64,000 nucleotides of DNA from Nitrosopumilus sp. (GCA_965205675.1 OZ242186.1:1472001-1536000); one strand, 5' to 3'; counted from the stretch's first letter, positions 10,402 to 22,483 are shown. Numbers and translations are program-made. The notes: generated by a model from the letters alone, not told the origin.

Positions 10402-10572
10402 TTTTTTTGTATGTATAGCGAAAAGATAAAGTTCGTGAACTAAATTTCAAAAAACTAGAAATCAATTGAACTTATACCTCGGAGCATAATTCTTTGCAAT
10501 TTTTCAAAACAAATAGCAATACTTTTTGATCAGTAGTTAGAAATAATTTCATGGACATCACAAATGACGAGT

Positions 10573-11666
10573 TATACCTCGGAGCATAATTCTTTGCAAT
10601 TTTTCAAAACAAATAGCAATACTTTTTGATCAGTAGTTAGAAATAATTTCATGGACATCACAAATGACGAGTTACTCCAGGCCTACAAAAAAGAAAAGTA
10701 CGGTAAGAAAAAGGAAAGACTGCATGCAATGTGTATAATTAAGATCAACAAATCTACAATTGCTGAAACTGCAAGCCAAATGTTTTGTACATACAATTCT
10801 GTAAGGAACTGCCTTGATTCATTTGAAAAATATGGATTGGGGGGTCTGGAGGACCTCCCTCGTTCTGGCCGTCCGCCATTAATTTCACACAAAAAATTAC
10901 AAAAAATAGAGCGTACATTTAAGAGAATTTCAGATGGAATGACTCCAAAAAAACTGATACAATTCATATTTTACAGAACACGCATTACATATCATATCAC
11001 TCATGTGCGTCGTTTGATGTACAAATGGAATCTAAAACCAAAGGTTCCACAAAAGGTACATGTGCGAGCAGCATCCAAGGATGTGTGCCGCAAGTGGAAA
11101 AACCGCATCATTTCACGCATAGAAAAGGCAAAAAAGAAAGGTTTTACAGTATTTATCCAAGACGAGTCTGTATTTGTAGACGATGTACGTCTTGGCAAAA
11201 AATACTGGACAGATGCACACCAACGAATGATTGTACGTTGGAGAGGATCACATCAAAGATTTTTGGTTTATGGAAATGATGATAATCAAAGTTTTTTTAG
11301 ATCGTATGAAAAATTTAATTCAATTGCATTTATAGATTATTTGGAGGCAGCTCGTAGAAAATTTGGAAAAATATTTGTTATCGTCGATAGAGCACCACAA
11401 CACAAAGCTAATGATGTAAAAAAATATCTGCACAAAAACAAAGATGTCAAACTGGCATATCTTCTGAGAGGCTCCCCGCATTTGAGTATGATTGAAGAGA
11501 TTTGGAGACAGTGCAAACATGTTAATGTTGAATCAGATTTTTATGAATCTATTCATGAGATGAGGCATACAGTTATGGAATATTTTAGAACCCATAAATT
11601 TGATTTGAATATGTATCAGTATTTTGCAAGAACAGTGAATTGAAAAGACTTATGATCTGGGGTATA
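10573..11666 (+). mobile_element. IS630-family element (transposase 10651-11643)
   Basis: IRs TATACCTCGGAGCATAA / TTATGATCTGGGGTATA; QDES...DRAPQH...IEEIW triad. An extra 100-bp left end precedes it at 10473-10572. Confidence 0.9.
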
Positions 11667-12294
11667 CATAGAAAATACAATGTGCAACTAGTAATCAACA
11701 CCACACACAACAAAACTAGGCAGTTTTCAGATTTGTGCCATCTTCAATCAAATTTTATCATATATGCTATTAAAATCATTTAGATGTTTGATATTTGCAA
11801 TTTGTATAGCGAGAAGCATGAGTTCGTGAGTTATTTTTTAGGTGTTTCAATTTGTTTATAGTCAAATCATGATTCATTTGACATTACCAAGTACATAATT
11901 TGTAAGAATGAAATTCACAAAATACAAGATTATCAAATATTATTTTTAATATGATCAATTATGCCAACAGGTCCATGGAGGGTTTTACAAGATTCCAGAA
12001 TTCAAAAGGTCTTATTAGATTCAAGCCAGTTAAATTCTTAATCTGATCTTTGTTTTTCAAAAGTTTTTCATCCATAGTCATGAAATAATAACAACAAAGT
12101 CTTATTGCTACTTTACACGAAGATCCATACTTTGAGGTCTCATTATTTCTGGTCCTGAAAAGGTAGGAGATTAGGCGTAAAAGTCATAACTATATGAAAT
12201 AAAAAAAGCGAAACCCTGAGATCAATTCAACTTTAACAAATTTTATTTATTCTAGATTAAAATATTTCATTTCCTGATGATTTTATTTTAATAC

Positions 12295-14622
12295 ATGTTT
12301 TTAATCTCATTTTACATGGGCGTTATTTTGTCTGAAAATATTGGATTTGTCCTATTAATTGGAGTTGGATTAATCATGGCATTATCAGTCACATTGATGG
12401 TAAAGGCTGAAACAAAATGGCTTCATACTAGAAAAACATCTGAGTGGTTCTACACTGCAGGTAGAACTATTAAAACAGGATTAATTGCATCATCAATTGT
12501 TTCTGCATGGACCTGGGCTGCAACTCTTTTACAATCAACTACTGTCACTTTTGAATTTGGATTGGGAGGTTCTTTTTGGTATGCAGCTGGTGCAAGTATT
12601 CAGGTGATCTTGTTTTCAATTCTTGCAATAGAATTAAAAAGAAAGGCACCCATGACGCATACTTTTCCTGAAATGATTTATGTTAGATTTGGAAAACACT
12701 CTCACAAAGTTTTTTTGTTTTTTGCATTAATGACTAATACTATAGTTACTGCAATGCTAGTATTAGGAGGTACAGCAGTAATTAACTCCTTAACTGGAAT
12801 CGACGTTACTCTAGCTGCATTTTTGATTCCTGTTGGAATAATTGTTTATACCATCTTTGGTGGTTTAAAGGCAACATTTTTTGCAGAATATCTTAATGCT
12901 GCTTTAATTTTTGTTGTCGTACTAATCTTTGTAACTGTCATTTATTTTAACACTCCAGAAATTGGCGGAATCTCTGGAATGTATGAAAAACTAACCCAAG
13001 CATCTATTCTAAAACCTGTAGAAGGAAATGCATTTGGAACGTATTTGACATTAGCATCAATGGGAGCTTTGATATTTGGTATTATTAACATTGTAGGAAA
13101 CTTTGGAACAGTTTTTGTAGACCAATCTTACTGGCAACGAACAATTGCATCAAGACCAAAGGGTGCCACTGGGGGATTTATTTTGGGAGGGCTGGCATGG
13201 TTTGCAATCCCTTTTACTCTTGCCACTACACTTGGGTTGGCAGCAATTGCAACTGGAGTTACGTTGACTGAAAATGATATTGGAATGGGACTTGTTGCAC
13301 CCACTACTGCATCAAATCTTATGGGTGATTTTGGAGCTATTCTTCTTTTAACAATTATCTTTACTGCTGTAACTGCTGCAGGTTCTTCTCAATTAGTTAG
13401 TGTTTCATCTCTTGTTACCTATGATGTTTTTCGTACATACCTAAAACCCTCCTCATCTGGTCGTGAATTAATTAGAATTTCTCGATTTACTATTCTGGGG
13501 TTTGGAATGGGAATGGGGTTACTGTCATCTTTGTTATTCCATTCAGGTTTTAGTTTACAATATGTCTATCTCATGATGGGAATTTTAATTGGCTCTGCTG
13601 TAGCTCCAATATCACTTTCTATTTTATGGAAAAAAACCAACAAGTATGCCGCAACCTCAGCAGCTATTGCAGGATTGATTTGTGGTGTTTTATCATGGAT
13701 TTGGTCTGCTGATTTGATGTATGGTGAAATCACTCTGTCTTCAACTGGAAATCTATTACCTCTTTTGATAGGAAATATCATATCAATTTCTGTAGGACTA
13801 TGTATTACAGTTATTGGAAGTATGATAAAACCTGAAAACTTTGATTTTGTTATCATGAAACAAAAAATTCTCCTAGTTGATGAGAAGATTAGCTCTATGT
13901 TAATGCATGATACTGATAAAGAATTCCTTGAGCGTTCTTTGAAATTTTGTAAAAGAGCTGGTCTTTCAATATCTATTTTTCTTGTAATAGTTTGGCCTGC
14001 ATCTTTTTATCTTACTGAATTTGTATTTGAAGAACAATCATTTCATGCATGGGTCTGGCTTGCAATAATTTGGGCTTTTGCAGCTGCTGGCATCATAATA
14101 TTTTTACCACTAATTGAGGCAAGAAAAAGCATCAGTGAAATTTTTCACAAAGCGAGTATGGATTCAGATGTCATGAAACGATCTGATAATTCATTATATG
14201 AAAAAAATTTGCTTGTAATGAACATTCTAGTTCCAATAGATGGTTCTGCAAGATCTCTAAAAGCAATCTATCATGCAAATTATCTCTTCAGAGGATCAGT
14301 GCAAGTAAGAATTTACTTGGTGCATGTTATAGAACGTACTAGTAAAAATGAAGAAAACATTGATGAAGAATTATCAAATCAGATCCAAGAAGAAGGAAGA
14401 CTGATTCTTAGAAGTGTTATGGTGCCCAAACAGATCAATAACTACAAACGTATTGTCAAATTAGGAGATCCTTCTGAGAAAATTACAGAACTTGCAGAAA
14501 AACTCAAAGTAGATGTGATAATTATGAACAAAAAAGGTATTGGAAAATCTAATTCAAATTTGGGACGTGTAACTCAAAACGTACTCAAGCTTTGCTCAAA
14601 ACCTATAATTTTACTGGACTAG
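12295..14622 (+). CDS. DUR3-type urea active transporter (SSS family) fused to a C-terminal universal stress protein domain
   Basis: SAWTWAATLLQS and GNFGTVFVDQSYWQR DUR3 motifs; C-terminal NILVPIDGS...GDPSEKI...LGRVTQNVLK USP pattern. Confidence 0.9.
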   Translation: MFLISFYMGVILSENIGFVLLIGVGLIMALSVTLMVKAETKWLHTRKTSEWFYTAGRTIKTGLIASSIVSAWTWAATLLQSTTVTFEFGLGGSFWYAAGASIQVILFSILAIELKRKAPMTHTFPEMIYVRFGKHSHKVFLFFALMTNTIVTAMLVLGGTAVINSLTGIDVTLAAFLIPVGIIVYTIFGGLKATFFAEYLNAALIFVVVLIFVTVIYFNTPEIGGISGMYEKLTQASILKPVEGNAFGTYLTLASMGALIFGIINIVGNFGTVFVDQSYWQRTIASRPKGATGGFILGGLAWFAIPFTLATTLGLAAIATGVTLTENDIGMGLVAPTTASNLMGDFGAILLLTIIFTAVTAAGSSQLVSVSSLVTYDVFRTYLKPSSSGRELIRISRFTILGFGMGMGLLSSLLFHSGFSLQYVYLMMGILIGSAVAPISLSILWKKTNKYAATSAAIAGLICGVLSWIWSADLMYGEITLSSTGNLLPLLIGNIISISVGLCITVIGSMIKPENFDFVIMKQKILLVDEKISSMLMHDTDKEFLERSLKFCKRAGLSISIFLVIVWPASFYLTEFVFEEQSFHAWVWLAIIWAFAAAGIIIFLPLIEARKSISEIFHKASMDSDVMKRSDNSLYEKNLLVMNILVPIDGSARSLKAIYHANYLFRGSVQVRIYLVHVIERTSKNEENIDEELSNQIQEEGRLILRSVMVPKQINNYKRIVKLGDPSEKITELAEKLKVDVIIMNKKGIGKSNSNLGRVTQNVLKLCSKPIILLD

Positions 14623-15033
14623 GAATTTTAAATGCAAGTTCTAGATTTCTCATTGGGCAGTTGTCTATTTTGACTTCAATTGACATATTTTGGATGTCCT
14701 TGATAGTTTGCATGACACATTGATATTTAGATAATTCTACTATCAATCTATCTGCTATAATTTCATCTATGGTATTTTTTCGAATCTCATTGGTTAAATG
14801 AAAACAACAGATTAACATTAATTGATCCCAATCACATTTGAGATTTTGATGAATTGTCTCTGTAATAATTCCATATATTATGTGGAGATTTTTTTCATTA
14901 TTTTTATAAAATTGAATTTTCTTTGTCTTTGTGTTATGATAGCTTTGAATATGAAATTTAATCTGAATCATTTCATAATATCAAATAAAATAGAACATAG
15001 CATTTTATCTTGTAAAATGATTTAAAAGGAAAT

Positions 15034-15966
15034 TCAGTTTTTTCTTATTTTGGAAAATTCTATTCCGAGAATTTTTTTCCTGCTGATATCAAGTATTTTG
15101 TAAATCACGTTAATGATATTCTCTGTTTTATTTCCCAAAATTCTAATTATTATTCCTGATTCATCAGGAAGAATAGACATTCCAACAGACATTTTATCTA
15201 AAATCTTGAGATATTCATAAAGATTATTTTCTAATTCATTTATGGTTTTTTTCCTAGTTAAAATATAAACTGTTCCAACTATTTCATATTCGCCTAATAT
15301 TCCAAAATCATTTAATTTCTTGTCTTTTGGCTTAATCTTTGTATTCTCCAAAAATCTGATTTTTTTGTCTTGATCTGAGCAATGTGTTCTAAGATAGCAA
15401 ATATCGTATTCAAAAGATTCACCTGATGCAACTCTGCCTGGAGTTAAGATTTCTGAATAAATCAATGTAGAGTTGTTATGAACATTGAGATTTGCTTTTT
15501 GATAGTATCTAGAGTTTTTGTAGGGGATGATCTGGTCAGGAATATATTCAAAATAACAATTCTCTTCAATTGTAATATTGAGAATGTGTGATGCCCAATT
15601 AGAATTCATTCCATAAATTCTGGTGGCTCCCTGCGTTGTCATATGCGCAACTGCTGTATTTTTTAATACAACATTTGTTTTGTATCTGTCACCTTGCAAA
15701 ATTCCCCCTGATGGTGAAATTACATAAAGATATGCCATGTTGGGATTTGAGATTTCAGGATAAAGAGCTCGCTGAATTAATAATGGAACTTGAGAAAATT
15801 GTTTTGTAATTACTGTTTTTTTCTCATTATTTGTACCAAGTTCCAAATCCAGAATTCCTATTTTGCCTGATTTTCCAACGCCTAATTGATCTACTTTAGT
15901 ATCATGTGCTTGAATTTCTTTTGGAATATCGCCTGGAATAAAATTTTTCAATTTATTGTTTATCAT
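15034..15966 (-). CDS. ureD: Urease accessory protein UreD
   Basis: SPSGGILQGD, TTQGATRIY, EILTPGRVASGE motifs; urease cluster context. Confidence 0.93.
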   Translation of the reverse strand: MINNKLKNFIPGDIPKEIQAHDTKVDQLGVGKSGKIGILDLELGTNNEKKTVITKQFSQVPLLIQRALYPEISNPNMAYLYVISPSGGILQGDRYKTNVVLKNTAVAHMTTQGATRIYGMNSNWASHILNITIEENCYFEYIPDQIIPYKNSRYYQKANLNVHNNSTLIYSEILTPGRVASGESFEYDICYLRTHCSDQDKKIRFLENTKIKPKDKKLNDFGILGEYEIVGTVYILTRKKTINELENNLYEYLKILDKMSVGMSILPDESGIIIRILGNKTENIINVIYKILDISRKKILGIEFSKIRKN

Positions 15967-16613
15967 CTCTCTGTAATTGATTTTGGTGGTCTGTCTAATA
16001 ATAAATCACGAATAATGTGTCTAGTTACTTTCATAACTCCCTCATCAGTTTTACAATTAATAAATTCGAATGGTTTTTCTTCTCTAATCTTTTTTGCGTC
16101 TTTTCTCATAATTTCAAGATTTGCACCAACCATATCTGATAAATCAATCTTGTTAATTATCAAAAGATCACAATTCTCAATTCCTAATCCTCCTTTGCGT
16201 GGATATTTATCGCCACCAGCTACATCAATTAGGTAAATAAAATAATCAGCCAAAAGGGGACTAAATGTAGTTGTAATGTTATCCCCACCGCTTTCAATAA
16301 TTATTAGATCAAGATGAGGATATTTTGATTCTATTTCCTCTATTACAGAAAGATTCATCGAGGGGTCTTCTCTTATTGCAGTATGTGGACATCCGCCAGT
16401 TGCCAGACCAATTACCAGATTTTCATCCAGTAATCCTCTTTTGGTGGCTAAATTAGCTCTTATTCTATCTGCATCCTCTTTTGAAATTACATCATTTGAG
16501 ATTATGCTTACACTATATCCAATATCTGCAAGCATTGGAACTATTCTTTCAATAAGCATGGTTTTTCCTGAACCGACTGGTCCCCCTATTCCAATTCTAG
16601 GAATGTGAGACAT
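15963..16613 (-). CDS. ureG: Urease accessory GTPase UreG
   Basis: GGPVGSGKT, GGCPHTAIRED, ESGGDN, NKID motifs. Confidence 0.96.
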   Translation of the reverse strand: MSHIPRIGIGGPVGSGKTMLIERIVPMLADIGYSVSIISNDVISKEDADRIRANLATKRGLLDENLVIGLATGGCPHTAIREDPSMNLSVIEEIESKYPHLDLIIIESGGDNITTTFSPLLADYFIYLIDVAGGDKYPRKGGLGIENCDLLIINKIDLSDMVGANLEIMRKDAKKIREEKPFEFINCKTDEGVMKVTRHIIRDLLLDRPPKSITER

Positions 16614-16630
16614 GATAAAAAATTAAATTT

Positions 16631-17325
16631 TTATGTAATAAACATTTTAGAATCCATTTGTTCATGGGACATTTGAGAAATATCTATCTGAGGCGCAAAC
16701 TGTTACATATCTAAAAGCGATTTGTTTGAATATTTTTTGACACTTTCACTAATTATTAGCTTGATATTGTAAATGATCTTGTCCTTCAAAATGTTGAATT
16801 AATTCTAATCGTAATGCAGCTCCTGCAGTAAAACCCAATGGTATCAGTATCATGATACTTTTTTTTAATTTCTAATGCATTACAACAAACTGCAAATGCC
16901 ACAGGAAAAACTCTTTTTGCTTTGTTCTCAATTATACTGTTATAATATTGTGTTAATAGTTTATCATCTTTTAGAAATTAGGATTGTATTTGATTAACTG
17001 AATCCCTGTCTTACAGAAGCATCACGAATTTCTTTAATTATCTTTCTGGCAAAAGCAACATTTCTCATTATCAGAGATAATAATTTGCTCAAAATTATTC
17101 TTATTTGCATTATCAAATATATCTCCTACAGCAAAACACAATCAGACGGATCTATTTGGTGTAATGATTGGTTTTAATCCTCTGAATTAATTCACTTATT
17201 TCACAAATCTTTTTTTCTTTAAAAAAAATACCCTAATCTGTTTGATGTAGCATAAATTCCTGTAGGAAAAAAATCCTACAACTGCATTACAGAGAGTTCT
17301 TGCTCTATTTCTTCAGTGTCTATGA
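16631..17325 (-). pseudogene. ureF: Degraded UreF
   Basis: Manual translation: ELSVMQL*DFFPTGIYATSN at the start and QFAPQIDISQMSHEQMDSKMFIT* at the end; stops and frameshifts between. Confidence 0.85.
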
Positions 17326-17329
17326 ATAT

Positions 17330-17672
17330 TGGCCCCTTCCCTAAATGAGGCAAAAATATTTGCTCACTTTGTCTTATCTTGATGTAATTATACTGTAAAA
17401 CAATTTTGTAAACACTTTTTTTTCAGAATCATACAGATTATCTTTTCTGGTAATTGTTCAACAATAATTTTCTTATCTTCATTATCAATCATATCTCAAT
17501 GACAAAGTCTTTGAGCTCTGAATTCGAACCAATATCTGTTCCATGTGCACATTTTTTCCCAAAATCTTTTCCCCCCAAGTCTATTTAAGATATCTAGCTT
17601 TAATCTCTCAAAAGATTCATCTTTAAACTAGTCAAGAAAAATATTTCCAATCGCTCTCTTTATTTCTAACAT
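17330..17672 (-). pseudogene. ureE: Degraded, internally deleted UreE
   Basis: MLEIKRAIGNIF, GTDIG and KIIVEQLPEKII fragments in broken frames at the expected position upstream of ureF. Confidence 0.7.
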
Positions 17673-17763
17673 TCAAAACCTTGTTTTTTTGATGAAATTA
17701 TACCCTCTTAGATTCTTTTTTATATTTTAAATTATTAAAATACATTAAAATATTATTAATTCT

Positions 17764-18066
17764 ATGATGCTTACTCCTAAAGAAATAGAGAAACTGAATA
17801 TCTTTGTAACATCAGAACTTGCACGTAGAAGAAAAGCAAGGGGGGTAAAACTCAACCATCCAGAAACCGTATCTATTTTAGCTGATCATATTTTGGAGGG
17901 CGCACGGGATGGAAAAAATGTAGTAGAATTAATGAGTTCAGGGAAAACTGTTCTAACTAGAGACGATGTATTGCCAGGCGTTGCAGAATTAATTCATTCT
18001 ATTCAAGTCGAAGCCACTTTTGAGGATGGAACCAAATTGGTGACAGTTCATGATCCTATTGTGTGA
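17764..18066 (+). CDS. ureA: Urease subunit gamma
   Basis: [33 protein letters not shown]. Confidence 0.97.
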   Translation: MMLTPKEIEKLNIFVTSELARRRKARGVKLNHPETVSILADHILEGARDGKNVVELMSSGKTVLTRDDVLPGVAELIHSIQVEATFEDGTKLVTVHDPIV

Positions 18067-18071
18067 GAACT

Positions 18072-18440
18072 ATGATTCCTGGTGAATATTTCATATCTGA
18101 AAAACCAATTATTGCACATGTACAAAAATCTACAATTTCTCTTAGTGTTAGAAATACTGGAGATAGGCCAATACAGGTAGGTTCACACACACACTTTTTT
18201 GAAATAAACAAGGCGCTAGATTTTCCACGAAAACAATCTTATGGTTATCATCTAAATATTCCTGCTGGAACATCAGTACGATTTGAGTCCGGAGAGACAA
18301 AAGGAGTTGAATTATCAGAATTTGGTGGCAAAAAAATTGTATATGGATTTAGTGGTCTCGTAAATGGAAATCTAAAAGAAAAACAAGAAGAGGCATTTGA
18401 CAAAGCCATAGAACAAGAATTTCAAGGAATGACAAAATGA
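18072..18440 (+). CDS. ureB: Urease subunit beta
   Basis: [35 protein letters not shown]. Confidence 0.97.
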   Translation: MIPGEYFISEKPIIAHVQKSTISLSVRNTGDRPIQVGSHTHFFEINKALDFPRKQSYGYHLNIPAGTSVRFESGETKGVELSEFGGKKIVYGFSGLVNGNLKEKQEEAFDKAIEQEFQGMTK

Positions 18441-20149
18441 CTCTAACTATTCCTAGAAAAAATTATGTTGATTTGTTTGGTCCCACAACTGGAGATAGAA
18501 TTCGTCTTGCCGATACTGATTTGATTATAGAAATTGAAAAAGATTTGATAAAGTATGGTGATGAGGCAGTTTTTGGTGGCGGAAAAAGTATTCGAGATGG
18601 ATTAGGACAAGCAAGTGGAGTATCAAGGGCTGACTCACTTGATCTTGTAATTACTAATGCAATAGTGATGGATCCTATATTGGGAATTATTAAAGGAGAC
18701 ATTGGAATTAAAGATGGAAAAATTGTCGGTATAGGAAACGCTGGAAATCCAAACATTATGGATGATATTGATATGATAATTTCATCAAACACTGAAATTA
18801 TTGCAGGAGAGCATACAATTTGTACTCCTGGCACAATTGATTCACACATTCATTTTATTTCTCCACAACAAGCTACTCATGCAATTTGTAATGGAACCAC
18901 TACAATGATTGGGGGAGGGACCGGTCCTGCAGATGGAACAAATGCAACTACCTGCACTCCAGGCAAATGGAATATTCATAGGATGATTGAAGCAGTTGAT
19001 GATATGCCTCTGAACTTTGGGTTTCTTGCAAAGGGTAATGATTCACTTGAAACTGCATTATTTGAGCAGGTAAAAGCAGGCGCTTGTGGATTAAAACTGC
19101 ATGAGGACTGGGGCTCTACTCCTGCTGCCATAAATTCTGCTTTGAATGTTGCAGATAAAACAGACATTCAAGTTGCAATCCATACTGACACTCTAAATGA
19201 ATGTGGATTTGTTGATGATACAATTAAAGCAATTGCTGGAAGAACCATCCACACATATCACACTGAAGGAGCTGGAGGCGGTCATGCTCCTGATATTATA
19301 AAAATTGCAGGAGAGCAAAACATACTTCCATCATCTACAAATCCAACAAGACCATTTACAGTAAATACTCTATCAGAACATCTAGATATGATGATGGTCT
19401 GCCATCATCTTAATTCTGCAGTACCTGAAGATGTGTCTTTTGCAGAGTCAAGAATTAGGGGAGAAACAATTGCAGCTGAAGATGTTTTACATGATATGGG
19501 AGTACTTAGTATGATGTCCTCAGACAGTCAGGCAATGGGAAGAGTAGGGGAAGTCACAACTCGAAATTGGCAGACAGCTGATAAAATGAAAAAGATGAAA
19601 GGTCCTCTGCCAGAAGACAATATGGGAAATGATAATTTTCGAGTAAAAAGATACTTGGCTAAAATTACAATAAATCCTGCAATCACTCATGGGATTTCTA
19701 ATCATGTTGGTTCCTTACATCCAGGCGCGTTGGCTGATATTGTTATTTGGTCTCCTCAATTCTTTGGTGTTAAACCAAAAATGATCATAAAAGGCGGCTT
19801 TATTGCATATGCATTAATGGGTGACCCAAATGCTTCGATTCCTACTACCGAGCCTGTAATGTATCGTCCCATGTTTGGTGCACTTGGTAAAACAGTACAA
19901 TCAACTTCTGTAATTTTTACATCTCAATTAGCATTAGATAATAAAATTGAATCCGAACTTGTTTCAAAAAAGAACCTGGTTGCTGTAAAAAATTGTCGCT
20001 CTATTGGAAAAAAAGATATGCTGTACAATAATTTAACTCCGAAAATAAAAGTCAATTCCGAAACATATGAGGTTAGAGTTGATGGGAAATTAGCAACTGT
20101 AGATCCTACAAATACAGTTTCTATGGCTAGACTATACAACTTGTTTTAA
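18437..20149 (+). CDS. ureC: Urease subunit alpha
   Basis: [50 protein letters not shown]: all nickel ligands present. Confidence 0.98.
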   Translation: MTLTIPRKNYVDLFGPTTGDRIRLADTDLIIEIEKDLIKYGDEAVFGGGKSIRDGLGQASGVSRADSLDLVITNAIVMDPILGIIKGDIGIKDGKIVGIGNAGNPNIMDDIDMIISSNTEIIAGEHTICTPGTIDSHIHFISPQQATHAICNGTTTMIGGGTGPADGTNATTCTPGKWNIHRMIEAVDDMPLNFGFLAKGNDSLETALFEQVKAGACGLKLHEDWGSTPAAINSALNVADKTDIQVAIHTDTLNECGFVDDTIKAIAGRTIHTYHTEGAGGGHAPDIIKIAGEQNILPSSTNPTRPFTVNTLSEHLDMMMVCHHLNSAVPEDVSFAESRIRGETIAAEDVLHDMGVLSMMSSDSQAMGRVGEVTTRNWQTADKMKKMKGPLPEDNMGNDNFRVKRYLAKITINPAITHGISNHVGSLHPGALADIVIWSPQFFGVKPKMIIKGGFIAYALMGDPNASIPTTEPVMYRPMFGALGKTVQSTSVIFTSQLALDNKIESELVSKKNLVAVKNCRSIGKKDMLYNNLTPKIKVNSETYEVRVDGKLATVDPTNTVSMARLYNLF

Positions 20150-20215
20150 ATTCTGTCGACGTCGACTAGAATTTTATTTCAAAAGTTAAAATCTCATTAG
20201 AATAAACTAAAGGAG

Positions 20216-20425
20216 ATGAAAAGTATTGCATTTTTTGGAATTTTGATTGTTTTTGTTTTTATATTAACAATAATATCTACAGCAGATGCTCATCCTCATG
20301 CAACCATAGATCTTATGGGCTCTCATTCTCATGATGAGGGATTTCAAGAAAATCTCCTAGTTCATACATTTACTGATGTAATATTTTCAATCTTTGATTT
20401 TTTCAATGGTTCTTTCAAAAATTGA
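20216..20425 (+). CDS. Small exported His-rich protein
   Basis: Signal peptide ending ADA, then HPH...HSH; preceded by AAGGAG. Confidence 0.65.
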   Translation: MKSIAFFGILIVFVFILTIISTADAHPHATIDLMGSHSHDEGFQENLLVHTFTDVIFSIFDFFNGSFKN

Positions 20426-20482
20426 GTACTTTAAGACACATGATTCTTTAATCTATAAGTAAATCTCAAAATAATCGTCTTT

Positions 20483-22483
20483 GTGGATCAAACAAAGCAA
20501 TTAACTATCACATTAAGCACAATTTTTGTTATTATCACTTTGGCTGCCAGTCCACAATTAGCTTTTGGTGCTGGTGCTATCTCTGATGGGTTTGCAGTAG
20601 GTGAAGCATTACCTGAATGGATTGGATGGGTAATTGTTGTAGGATTGGGCATGGTTTTTGCTGTAATTATTACAGTTGAGGTAAAAATTGAAGAAAAATA
20701 TCTTGGAGTCCACCAGACCTCTGAGATGTTTAACACAGCAGGACGTACTATCAAAACAGGTCTAACTGCTGCAGCTATTGTTTCAGCCTGGACATGGGCT
20801 GCCACATTACTTCAATCATCCACTGTAGCTTATCAGTATGGAATTAGTGGCCCATTTTGGTATGCCGCAGGCGCATCAATTCAGGTTTTACTATTTGGAA
20901 TTTTAGCTATTGAACTAAAACGCAAAGCGCCAAATGCCCATACATTTTTAGAAATTATTCGTGCAAGGTATGGGAATGGTTCTCATAAAATTTTCTTAAT
21001 CTTTGCATTAATGACTAACATGATTGTGACTGCAATGTTACTCCTTGGAGGCTCGGCAGTTGTTAATGGTTTGACTGGAATGGATATTTCACTAGCTGCA
21101 TTTTTGATTCCAATTGGTGTTATGATTTACACGCTAGTTGGAGGATTAAAGGCAACTTTTGTTGCAGACTATATGCATACCATAATCATCTTTATTACAA
21201 TACTGATATTTGTTGGAGCAGTATACATCAACACTGACATTACAGGTGGAATCGGGGGCCTATATGATAAACTAGTAGAGGCTGCAAAGTTAACTCCTGT
21301 TGAAGGAAACGCAGCAGGCGCATTTCTAACAATGGCATCAGCTGGTGGTTTGATGTTTGGCATTATCAATATCGTTGGAAACTTTGGTACAGTCTTTGTT
21401 GATCAAGCATATTGGCAACGAGCTATTGCTGCAAAACCATCATCTACTGTTAAAGGATTCTTACTTGGCGGACTATGCTGGTTTGCAATTCCTTTCACAC
21501 TTGCCACTACAATGGGACTGACGGCAGTCGCGCTTGATGTTGATTTAACCCCAGCTCAAGCTCAAATGGGACTAGTAGTTCCAGCTGCTGCTACTGCATT
21601 AATGGGTGAGATTGGTGCCATTCTGGTGCTAACTATGTTATTTATGGCAGTAACTTCAGCAGGGTCTGCTGAACTAATTGCAGTATCTTCATTATTCACT
21701 TATGATATCTATCGGACATACAAAAATCCAAACGCAACAGGTAAACAACTCGTTAAAATATCCCGGGCTACAATTGTGGCCTTTGGGCTTGGTATGGGTG
21801 GTTTAGCTGTTATACTGTTGGGAATGGGTCTAAGTCTTGGCTTTGTCTATTTGGCAATGGGTATCATAATTGGTTCGGCTGTAATTCCAATTGCATTAAC
21901 AATTCTTTGGAAGAGGACAAACCGAGTAGCTGCCACTACAGGAGCTGTAGTTGGATTACTAATTGCAGTAACTACATGGGTATCAGTTGCATCCTCTATA
22001 CCCGAATTTAATGGCGAGATATCTCTTGCAAGTCTTGGCCATAACCACTCTATGCTATTTGGAAACATTGCAGGAATTCTTTCGGGCGGTGCCATTGCAT
22101 TATTTGGAAGTCTTGCTATGAAGACTGACTTTGATTGGAAGGATCTCAAAGAGAAAATCACTCTTGTTGAAGTGTCTGCAGCAGAGTCTGCTCAAATTTC
22201 AGAAGATGAGGAGACTCTAAAGAAAGCATTCAAGTTCAGTCTCAAAGGTGGGGGCATCATGACTTTGTTGTTAATCATTGTTTGGCCACTGCCATTAATT
22301 GCATCAGGATATGTCTTTGAACTAGGCTCATACACTGTCTGGGTAATAATATCATTACTCTGGGTAGGAATTGCATCAGCTATAATCATATTCTTACCAA
22401 TAATTGAAGCACGACAAGGCATAGTCCAAGTCTTTAGAGGTAAAAAATCAGTTTCAGAATCCTCCACAGGGGATAAAAATTGA
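20483..22483 (+). CDS. dur3: DUR3-type urea active transporter (SSS family)
   Basis: SAWTWAATLLQSS, GNFGTVFVDQAYWQRAIA, AVTSAGSAELIAVSS. Confidence 0.93.
   Translation: MDQTKQLTITLSTIFVIITLAASPQLAFGAGAISDGFAVGEALPEWIGWVIVVGLGMVFAVIITVEVKIEEKYLGVHQTSEMFNTAGRTIKTGLTAAAIVSAWTWAATLLQSSTVAYQYGISGPFWYAAGASIQVLLFGILAIELKRKAPNAHTFLEIIRARYGNGSHKIFLIFALMTNMIVTAMLLLGGSAVVNGLTGMDISLAAFLIPIGVMIYTLVGGLKATFVADYMHTIIIFITILIFVGAVYINTDITGGIGGLYDKLVEAAKLTPVEGNAAGAFLTMASAGGLMFGIINIVGNFGTVFVDQAYWQRAIAAKPSSTVKGFLLGGLCWFAIPFTLATTMGLTAVALDVDLTPAQAQMGLVVPAAATALMGEIGAILVLTMLFMAVTSAGSAELIAVSSLFTYDIYRTYKNPNATGKQLVKISRATIVAFGLGMGGLAVILLGMGLSLGFVYLAMGIIIGSAVIPIALTILWKRTNRVAATTGAVVGLLIAVTTWVSVASSIPEFNGEISLASLGHNHSMLFGNIAGILSGGAIALFGSLAMKTDFDWKDLKEKITLVEVSAAESAQISEDEETLKKAFKFSLKGGGIMTLLLIIVWPLPLIASGYVFELGSYTVWVIISLLWVGIASAIIIFLPIIEARQGIVQVFRGKKSVSESSTGDKN

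Noticed and set aside
14603-14971. Minus-strand ORF possibly a degraded NikR-like regulator
   Set aside because: The resemblance is too weak to call without an HMM search.
20155-20166. GTCGACGTCGAC palindrome after ureC
   Set aside because: A single short palindrome with no supporting context.
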